Source of the DNA: Candidatus Woesearchaeota archaeon
GTDB lineage: Archaea > Nanobdellota > Nanobdellia > SCGC-AAA011-G17 > GW2011-AR18
Length of the DNA stretch: 33,300 nt
Assembly: GCA_964467335.1 (NCBI GenBank)
Contig: CAYXPX010000004.1
Coordinates: forward strand, 1-33,300
Direction: 5' to 3'
Both the position numbers and the translations under genes were made by a program. Positions 25,042 through 31,738 of this stretch are shown piece after piece. Numbering within the stretch: position 1 is the stretch's first letter; each line of letters starts with the position of its first letter. The notes beneath the pieces were generated by a model that worked only from the letters and a program-made list of their open reading frames with translations, was not told the DNA's origin and ran no database searches.

Positions 25042-26641
25042 AAAAATATTATTAACAATGTTTGTACTGCTTTCCCTAGCTGCAGCAGTTTATTCTCCTG
25101 AAGATTCATGCGAGGGAAAGGCAGTATGCCTACAAAAAGATTTACCTGAGAGCCAGCAGAAGATTGAAGAGCTTTATAATCTAAACATTGGCGGCACAGG
25201 ATACAGGGACATAGTTGACAGATCTGCAGATATTTCCATAGGCTTGCAGGCATTGTACGAGGCAGGCAGAACTGCAAAGGAGCTCGCACTTTTAAGGGCG
25301 CAGTATGAGGGAATAGGAAAAGCTGAATTAATTATAGAACAAAGAATAACAACGTCTACAACCACAGAAGACGCTCCTGATTTTACAGAGGAGGATATTC
25401 CAGAGATAGATTTTTCTGAGGTGCTGAAAAGAGAAAAGAAAGAATTAGCTGAATCACAGATTGAATCTGCAAACATAAGATTAAATGACGGGAGCCTGTT
25501 TTCAAGAGATTATTTTGTGAGATTTAAAAATGGAAAGTGGGAGTGGTGCAAGAATCCTGTTTTTGGAAGCTGCGATGACAAGAAATTTAATTCTATACAT
25601 TTTCCAAAAAAGGAAGAGGCAGGAGAATTTTATGAAATTTTATACTCATTAGAAACTGCTAACATTGAGGGTGGATCTTTTTCTCGTGAAGGCGTGCCTC
25701 TACCAGAAACAGCAATTTATGAAAGGGGGCTTGTAGATATTTTAAGAAAACTTGTATTTTTAAGGCTAGGAATTTCAGAAATGATTTTTGAAATTGGCAA
25801 CAGCAGAGTCTATGTCGAGGCTGACACAACAAGAGTTGTTGAGAGATTTGATATAATAATCAGCAACAGAAAAGCATTTGTATCAGGGGCAGATGATGTA
25901 AGGAAATTTATAACCACGACAGAGCCTTTCAGGCCGCAGTTTGAAAATATATTTCAGGAATTCAAAAATCTTGTAGATAGGAAATCTGCACAGTCTTCGC
26001 CATTTGAGGCACAGCCTGGAGGAATACCTGAGGAAGAATTGGAGATGGAAGAAAGATTTATAGAGGAAGGGGAGGAAGATAGAAAAAGCAATAATATTCT
26101 TGATGGATTTAATTTAGAAGGAGCACAGGTAATTAAGTATAGATTTAATGAGGGGCCTAATAAAACGAGAAAATTATCAGATGTTGACAGAGTGGTACTC
26201 CACCATACAGAGGGCTCAGCTCCAGGACAGAGGACGGTTGACTATTTAATTGACAGAAGAGGACTTTCTATACATTATGTGGTGGATAAGGATGGAAATA
26301 TAATCTATGCAATGTCAGAAGATATGGTTGCATTTCATGCCGGATGCAAAAGAGATAAGGAAATTTTTTGTGTTGAAGGTATGAATGAAAGGTCAATAGG
26401 AATTGAGATCACAAACAGTGGAAGGTCCGATGATTTGTTTACTGATGCTCAATATAACACTTTACGACAGCTTCTCCCCTATATAACCAACAATTTAGGA
26501 ATACCTTTTGATAATGAGCATATTATAGCACACTATGAGATAACAAGCAATAAGGATGACCCACAATACTTCCTCTGGGATAAAATAGGACTTTCTAGTC
26601 ATATTTCATACAATGAATTCAAAAGAGAGCATTATGCTTAA
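25034..26641 (+). CDS. secreted N-acetylmuramoyl-L-alanine amidase (Amidase_2/PGRP fold) with a novel roughly 380-aa N-terminal region
   Basis: Signal 'MHKKILLTMFVLLSLAAAVYS'. C-terminal 'VVLHHTEGS...LSIHYVVDKDGNIIYAMSEDMVAFHAG...NERSIGIEITNSG...FTDAQYNTLRQLL...IIAHYEITSNKDDP' is the Amidase_2 pattern. 8-nt overlap (ATGCATAA) with the giant gene. Confidence 0.8.
   Translation: MHKKILLTMFVLLSLAAAVYSPEDSCEGKAVCLQKDLPESQQKIEELYNLNIGGTGYRDIVDRSADISIGLQALYEAGRTAKELALLRAQYEGIGKAELIIEQRITTSTTTEDAPDFTEEDIPEIDFSEVLKREKKELAESQIESANIRLNDGSLFSRDYFVRFKNGKWEWCKNPVFGSCDDKKFNSIHFPKKEEAGEFYEILYSLETANIEGGSFSREGVPLPETAIYERGLVDILRKLVFLRLGISEMIFEIGNSRVYVEADTTRVVERFDIIISNRKAFVSGADDVRKFITTTEPFRPQFENIFQEFKNLVDRKSAQSSPFEAQPGGIPEEELEMEERFIEEGEEDRKSNNILDGFNLEGAQVIKYRFNEGPNKTRKLSDVDRVVLHHTEGSAPGQRTVDYLIDRRGLSIHYVVDKDGNIIYAMSEDMVAFHAGCKRDKEIFCVEGMNERSIGIEITNSGRSDDLFTDAQYNTLRQLLPYITNNLGIPFDNEHIIAHYEITSNKDDPQYFLWDKIGLSSHISYNEFKREHYA
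26180..26610 (+). other. Amidase_2 catalytic domain within CDS 25034..26641
   Basis: See the motif string in the parent CDS. Confidence 0.75.
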
Positions 26642-27383
26642 ATCAAAGAAACTGCCGGTAATGATTGTGCTGGAGATAATATTTGCAATACTATTAATTG
26701 CTTTCCTGATTTTGGTAAGGCAGCAGGCTCTTGGCTATGTTTCAGAGATTCAGTCTTATGCCGGGGATATAGATTTGATCTCACAGCAGGCAACGCAGAA
26801 TGATCTCTCGCCTGAACAAAGATACAGCATAGACCAGACCGTAAGCTCTTTTGATAAAATATTAAACAAGTCGCTTATATTACTGCAGCTAATTCTTCCA
26901 TTAACTATTTTTATTATGTCTATTATATTTTTTTATTTTATATGGCATTTTATAAACAAGATTACATTCAAAAGATTTTTAACTTATTCAATAATTCCAA
27001 TCATTTTACTGCTTGCTTCCGTGTTCTTTACAATAAATTATATAGCATATGTTTATTTCTTTGTTGATGAAAACCCAATGCCTTATTTGATAGTTTCTTC
27101 ACTGTTGTTGATAATAACTTATTATATTTCACTATTTGGCCTCTCAAACAAAAATAACTTGAAATCAAATCTCAAAATTTCACTCAAAAAATTTACCAAA
27201 GTTTTTCCTTTTTATATAATTATATTCATCACAAACGCCTTGTATCTAGTTTTTGTTTTTTATGTTTTTTTTCTTACATTTGCAAAAGCTTCAATTTTGA
27301 TACAATCTCTGATACTGCTTGCCGTCATTATAATAATAAATATACAAAGAGTTCATTTAGTAAAAATTATTTCTAGACAATAG
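26634..27383 (+). CDS. polytopic membrane protein (about 6 TM helices), last gene of the muralytic operon
   Basis: ORF 26613..27383 trimmed to the ATG at 26634 ('MLKSKKLPVMIVLEIIFAILLIAF'), giving an ATGCTTAA overlap with the amidase gene. Very hydrophobic and Ile/Phe-rich. No family recognised. Confidence 0.65.
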   Translation: MLKSKKLPVMIVLEIIFAILLIAFLILVRQQALGYVSEIQSYAGDIDLISQQATQNDLSPEQRYSIDQTVSSFDKILNKSLILLQLILPLTIFIMSIIFFYFIWHFINKITFKRFLTYSIIPIILLLASVFFTINYIAYVYFFVDENPMPYLIVSSLLLIITYYISLFGLSNKNNLKSNLKISLKKFTKVFPFYIIIFITNALYLVFVFYVFFLTFAKASILIQSLILLAVIIIINIQRVHLVKIISRQ

Positions 27384-27652
27384 AATGTGGTCATATCTGC
27401 ATTTCTCTTAGCATATATAATCATAGTGCACAAAAGTATATAAAAGTCTGCATTATGATATTTAGCAATTTTTTGTCAACGCAACATCTTTGAGAATAAG
27501 TGCTGGGGACATGCGATGGACCTAGAGTCACATGCACATCCTAGTTGACATAAATTTCAAAATTTTATAATTTGCCTATTGCTTCTAGTATTTTTTCGTG
27601 ACCTTTTATTAATTTTTTAAAGTGCTGTAGCTCTTGTAATACTATTTTGTTC

Positions 27653-28048
27653 TTATCTTTCGAATTTTTTGATTTTGCCATTTTTAATCCATTGCTTGAT
27701 TTCTTCATCGCTATAGTAATTTTCTCTTAGGCCTAATAATGTCTTAGCATAATGTGGATCATCTTCTATTTTAAACTTTTGATTGTTGCTTAATATGAAC
27801 TCTTTTGTTACTATAAATGCTGTTCTTCTATTTCCGCTTGCAAACGGATGTTTCTGAACTAAACCTTTTAGTAAAACAACTGCTTTATCGTAAATGTCCC
27901 CTTCTTTTTCTTCACATTCTTTTATAACTTCTACAATTTTACTTCTGCTCAAAACTTTTGGTGCGTCAGCTTTTTTCACTTTTATTAATTCTAGAGCTAA
28001 TATGTTGTATTCTATAATCTGCTCTGGTGTTGGATAAATTATTTCCAT
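27653..28048 (-). CDS. doc: Fic/Doc-family protein (death-on-curing-type toxin)
   Basis: 'VQKHPFASGNRRTAFIVT' matches the Doc variant of the Fic motif (HxFx[DNS][AG]N[KR]R). 131 aa, typical Doc size. Confidence 0.75.
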   Translation of the reverse strand: MEIIYPTPEQIIEYNILALELIKVKKADAPKVLSRSKIVEVIKECEEKEGDIYDKAVVLLKGLVQKHPFASGNRRTAFIVTKEFILSNNQKFKIEDDPHYAKTLLGLRENYYSDEEIKQWIKNGKIKKFER

Positions 28049-28135
28049 TTAATTATAAGGTTTTTATTATTTATAAGTTCATCCTTGTTGCTAAGAAGTG
28101 GCAGATTAACTATTTAGAAATTTATTTTTGGAATT

Positions 28136-28600
28136 TTAATCTTTAAATTGTATTGGAATACTCTCTCCCTTTCCTTTTCTAACTTTAAAAACATTAAAGT
28201 GTAAGTGGGGTTCTGTAGTAAGCCCAGTCATTCCCACATAACCTATGATTTCTCCAACATTTATTTTTTGTCCTTTCTTTACTGGAACATTTTTATCTAA
28301 ATGTCCATATTCTCCATAACTTCCGTCAGAATGAGCAATATAGACGCGATTTGTATATTTATTTACAAAATTTGTTATTTCTTCTGAACTCATTGAACTA
28401 ATTATTTTTGGATCACTAATAAATTTATTTGAATCTTTCTTTAAAGCAACAACTTTTCCTGATCTTGTAGCCAAAATAGGTGTTCCTAATGGGGCTGGAA
28501 AGTCTACCGCAAATCTGGATTCAATGAATTTTGTATGATGTTCTCCAGTATGTTTTTTAGATTTAATATTGCTTGGAAATGGATAAGCATATTTTACCAT
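28136..28600 (-). CDS. short M23-like peptidase without a signal peptide (first zinc motif non-canonical)
   Basis: 'AVDFPAPLGTPILATRSGKVV' and 'GMTGLTTEPHLHFNVF' (HxH) are M23 blocks. The HxxxD His is replaced ('SRFAVD'). No N-terminal hydrophobic segment. Confidence 0.7.
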   Translation of the reverse strand: MVKYAYPFPSNIKSKKHTGEHHTKFIESRFAVDFPAPLGTPILATRSGKVVALKKDSNKFISDPKIISSMSSEEITNFVNKYTNRVYIAHSDGSYGEYGHLDKNVPVKKGQKINVGEIIGYVGMTGLTTEPHLHFNVFKVRKGKGESIPIQFKD

Positions 28601-29140
28601 AAATTTATAGGTTTTCTTTAGTATAAATTAATTTCTATTAATGGTTACAGTTCTTAACTTAATTAGTTTAAGCAACGCATGTAACTAGAAGTATGGTGCG
28701 GGGTCTTTGTTTGTTTCCGCCCGTTTTGGCTTTTTCTAAAGTGACCATAATGGGTGGTTACTTAGAATGCTTAAAAGTAAGAAAATAACATATAATAAGC
28801 TTATGGTTAATTGAAAACATAGGCTCAATGTTTTTGAAAAAATAGAGGTGATTATAGTATATAACTTAATTTACTACCATTTTTAGTAAAGAATTTTAAA
28901 AACAATTAGGTCTAGATAAAATTAAGGCAAATTGGCATAAATCAGTTATTAAAATCGCTAAGATACCCAGATTTAAGAGGAAAAATTGCTTAGAAATATA
29001 ATTAATTTATGTTTAAAATTAATAGGATTATTAAATAAAAATTTTGAGCGTATTATTATTTTTATTAAATATAACTATTAATTATTTATACTCTATTTTT
29101 GTAAAACAATAATGATTATGTGAATAAATCAAAAATAAAG

Positions 29141-29512
29141 CTATAGAACTAACAAAAATGGCCTCATATGTTCAGCAATTTTTGTTTTTAGATCAAAAGT
29201 AGTTAAGTTAGCTCCTACATTACTTGTACTATTCCTGTCTTCAACAAGATAAATGTTTGTAAGACCCGCTTTTTCACCTTCTCTATCAATAGAAACTAAA
29301 AATTTAACTTTCTTTTTATTTTTATTGAAAGAAATTTCACATCTAACTTCTCCGGGGTAGGATCCATGCCATCTGAATTTATATGAAACGCCAAGTTCCC
29401 TTTCTAGCATTTTACAAGCCTCTTCAGCTCGAACTATTGCTTCTTTTGCTTCCATAGTATAAGTGTTATACTTGTCCTTTTTATATTTTACTAATTTAGT
29501 GGAGTTAGGCAA
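29141..29512 (-). CDS. hypothetical protein (123 aa from a TTG start, or 104 aa from the ATG at 29455)
   Basis: ORF track. The codon at 29512-29510 is TTG, and the first ATG gives 'MEAKEAIVRAEE...'. No motif recognised. Confidence 0.45.
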   Translation of the reverse strand: MPNSTKLVKYKKDKYNTYTMEAKEAIVRAEEACKMLERELGVSYKFRWHGSYPGEVRCEISFNKNKKKVKFLVSIDREGEKAGLTNIYLVEDRNSTSNVGANLTTFDLKTKIAEHMRPFLLVL

Positions 29513-29855
29513 ATTCGAAGAAATACATCAAGCAATAATTTGATAATTGAAATAATAAACAAAAAACAGAAATAGTTCTTCTTACTTTATAGTTAGCAGA
29601 AGAGTTTTAATATTCTAAATAAAATTAATAATGCGGATTCAAGTCCTAAAAATCTGACAAGATTTAAATAACAGGGCGTATTAATAGATTATATTGGGGG
29701 TTCAAAGTCCTAAAAGACTTTTCCGCCAATATGGTGGCTTCGAAGTGAATTCGAGAAAAAATCAACAATCCATTTCAAAAGCCTAAAAGTATGATAAAGT
29801 TGCTTTAGGAAAGGCATAAGCGAGAAACAGACTTCTGCGGAATGGAATCATAAAA

Positions 29856-30012
29856 TGCGGGGGACAGGATTCGAACCTGCGTAGACCTAAGCCACCAGGT
29901 ATCTTAAAATCACAGCATTATTGCTCATAATACCTTTTCCTAAGCTAAACCTTCTAGTTCATTATAAAATGAAACTAGAATCTGGCCCGTTTGGCCTCTC
30001 CGGCACCCCCGC
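29856..30012 (-). tRNA. tRNA-Leu(UAG) (class II, long variable arm) with two predicted introns (36 nt at 30/31; 38 nt at 37/38)
   Basis: Reverse complement reads GCGGGGG-TG-CCG-GAGAGGCCAAA-CGG-G-CCAG[36 nt]G-CTTAGG[38 nt]A-CCTGG-TGGCTTAGGTCTAC-GCAGG-TTCGAAT-CCTGT-CCCCCGC-A. This restores a perfect CCAGG/CCTGG stem and a CUUAGGA loop. 157 nt = 83 + 74. Confidence 0.7.
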
Positions 30013-30045
30013 AATAAAAAACGAAGAAATAGTATAAAAGCCTTG

Positions 30046-30237
30046 TTATCTCCTTCTTATTGTTTTGCCTCTTCTTTTTGTCTGCCAGCTGTATCTTCTT
30101 AGTTTAGAAGTCTGTCCGAAGCCACATGAAGCGCATTTCTTTTTTCTTACCCTATATGCTCTTTTGCCGCATCTTCTGCATCTCTGAACAAGGTTGCTGC
30201 CCCTGCTCTTTCTTCCCATAGAACCTGTTCCGCCCAT
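30046..30237 (-). CDS. rpl37e: 50S ribosomal protein eL37 (L37e)
   Basis: 'RCRRCGKRAYRVRKKKCASCGFG' zinc-ribbon and '...RRYSW'. Conserved archaeal LSm-L37e gene pair. Confidence 0.9.
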   Translation of the reverse strand: MGGTGSMGRKSRGSNLVQRCRRCGKRAYRVRKKKCASCGFGQTSKLRRYSWQTKRRGKTIRRR

Positions 30238-30248
30238 GACAATTCACC

Positions 30249-30470
30249 CTAAGCAATTGATATAAAAACTATTGTGTCTCCCCTCACAAATATTGATCCT
30301 AATTTTCTTGATATTTCCCCGTTCATTCTTTCTTCAGAATTATCCAGAACAATATTTACATGCTGGTCAAATGATTTCAGCGTTCCTGTCAGCTGCTTTC
30401 CGCTTTTCAACTCAAGGATAACTCCCTTGCCTCTTGCAGCATTAAGATCATCAAACGGCCTTGCTTCCAT
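30249..30470 (-). CDS. Sm-like archaeal protein (LSm/SmAP)
   Basis: Sm1 'VILELKSGKQLTGTLKSFDQHVNIVLDN' and Sm2 'LGSIFVRGDTIVFI'. Immediately upstream of rpl37e. Confidence 0.9.
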   Translation of the reverse strand: MEARPFDDLNAARGKGVILELKSGKQLTGTLKSFDQHVNIVLDNSEERMNGEISRKLGSIFVRGDTIVFISIA

Positions 30471-30488
30471 AGGCTGGTGCTAGAACAA

Positions 30489-30500
30489 AACTATATAAAC
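30489..30500 (-). promoter_or_regulatory. putative TATA box for the LSm-rpl37e operon (minus strand)
   Basis: The reverse complement 'gtttatatagtt' is centred about 25 nt upstream of the start at 30470. Confidence 0.35.
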
Positions 30501-30525
30501 TTTCCTATGAAATTTTGAAACAAAA

Positions 30526-30537
30526 GCTATTTAAACA
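30526..30537 (+). promoter_or_regulatory. putative TATA box for rps8e
   Basis: 'gctatttaaaca' centred about 27 nt upstream of the ATG at 30558. Confidence 0.35.
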
Positions 30538-30557
30538 ATTTAATTTTCATAAACTGC

Positions 30558-30938
30558 ATGGTAGTCTATCATGAATATTCAAAGAGAAAGGTTTCAGGAG
30601 GCAGATATATCCCTGCAAGAAAAAAAAGACTCTTTAACACAGGGTCAACTCCTGCATATACAAAGGTTGGCGAGAAAAAAACAAGAGTAAGAAGGCAAAT
30701 TGGCGGTAAATTAAAAATATTTCTTATTTCAGCAGACAGCGTGAATGTTTTTGATCCAAAGACAAAAAAGGGAAAGATTGCAAAAATAACTGCTGTTGTT
30801 GAAAATCCTGCAAACAGGCACTTCATAAGAAGAAACATAATAACAAAAGGCGCAGTTGTTGAAACAAATATTGGCAAAGTAAAGATAACCTCGAGACCAG
30901 GACAGGAAAACACAATCAGCGGTGTTTTGATTTCCTAG
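30558..30938 (+). CDS. rps8e: 30S ribosomal protein eS8 (S8e)
   Basis: 'SKRKVSGGRYIPARKKR', 'ENPANRHFIRRNIITKGAVVET', 'VKITSRPGQENTISGVL' are typical S8e blocks. Confidence 0.9.
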   Translation: MVVYHEYSKRKVSGGRYIPARKKRLFNTGSTPAYTKVGEKKTRVRRQIGGKLKIFLISADSVNVFDPKTKKGKIAKITAVVENPANRHFIRRNIITKGAVVETNIGKVKITSRPGQENTISGVLIS

Positions 30939-31581
30939 AAAGCAGCACTGCTATCAGATAAAGAACAAAAATAACTGCCGCTGTTATCAGAATAAAATTA
31001 AAAATCTTTTCTATCTTTCTTTTTTCAGGGATTTTTTCATCTGCCTTTGGATTATACGGCGTAACTTTATCAAAATCTATAAATGTTGGCTTGACTTCAC
31101 TGAAGTCTGTTACGCCTGTTTTTATGGAATTTACCAGAAAGTATAGCATTACAAACCTCTCTTCAGGACCTCCCTTATTTCTTGCCATCCTTGACGTGAT
31201 TGTTATTTTTGGGTTAAATTCATATGTGTAATTTATTACATAGTCTTTACCAAGATTAAACACAACCTCTTCATATTCAGAACCATCTGCTGATAAAAGA
31301 GCAGTTATTGTGTTATTTTCAATCCTGTTAATAACCATGCTGTTCTGAATCAGGATTCTGAAGCTGTCAGGATCTACAACATTAAAATCAAGCCTGCTTC
31401 CCTCGTGTATTGTAATATATGTTTTTGAGAACATTGGAAGCTGTGCTGTTGCGTTTTTGCCGTATGATACTTCTATTGCCTGCTCATTTAAAGTGTTAAA
31501 CCTTTTTTCTGCTTCCTGAGAAAAGGCTGTATTCATCAATAAAAGCATTAATACTGCCAAGATAAATAATTTAGACTTCAT
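30916..31581 (-). CDS. secreted, C-terminally membrane-anchored hypothetical protein (221 aa)
   Basis: Signal 'MKSKLFILAVLMLLLMNTAFS'. C-terminal TM plus basic tail 'IFNFILITAAVIFVLYLIAVLLSRKSKHR'. 23-nt convergent overlap with rps8e. Confidence 0.6.
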   Translation of the reverse strand: MKSKLFILAVLMLLLMNTAFSQEAEKRFNTLNEQAIEVSYGKNATAQLPMFSKTYITIHEGSRLDFNVVDPDSFRILIQNSMVINRIENNTITALLSADGSEYEEVVFNLGKDYVINYTYEFNPKITITSRMARNKGGPEERFVMLYFLVNSIKTGVTDFSEVKPTFIDFDKVTPYNPKADEKIPEKRKIEKIFNFILITAAVIFVLYLIAVLLSRKSKHR

Positions 31582-31686
31582 GATTTTAAGGCAAATTACT
31601 ATTGTTTTAATAAGCTTTCTTTATTTTAAGATGTCACCACACAAAAGTAATTTCTAAACGAAAGGTTTATAAGTAACCTAGGATAC

Positions 31687-31697
31687 TTATATATAAA
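31687..31697 (+). promoter_or_regulatory. putative TATA box for tfb
   Basis: 'ttatatataaa' about 47 nt upstream of the ATG at 31739. The purine-rich 'gaagagggg...aggggg' between them could be a Shine-Dalgarno-like leader. Confidence 0.35.
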
Positions 31698-31738
31698 GTT
31701 TGTTGTGAAATTGAAGAGGGGTAAATTTAGGGGGCTAA

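Noticed and set aside
16280-27383. The possibility that the muralytic operon is a bacterial or phage contaminant or prophage fragment.
   Set aside because: Composition, codon flavour and promoter architecture look the same as the flanking archaeal genes. There are no phage structural, terminase or integrase genes, and the first gene carries an archaeal-style class III signal. Contamination cannot be excluded without coverage or tetranucleotide analysis, so this is stated as a refutation test rather than adopted.
27384-29855. An integrated mobile element or genomic island inserted at the 3' end of tRNA-Leu (Doc toxin, orphan genes, AT-rich spacers, tRNA-like fragments).
   Set aside because: No integrase, transposase or clear direct repeat of the tRNA-Leu 3' end was found in the window. 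I kept only the tRNA-like fragment as a low-confidence finding.
29939-29985. A naive read of the tRNA-Leu gene gives stem CCAGA followed by loop TTCTAG, i.e. an apparent CUA anticodon (amber suppressor or Pyl-like tRNA).
   Set aside because: That reading leaves no complementary 3' stem strand. Removing two hairpin-forming inserts restores a perfect CCAGG/CCTGG stem with a canonical CUUAGGA loop and a class II Leu variable arm, so tRNA-Leu(UAG) is far more parsimonious.
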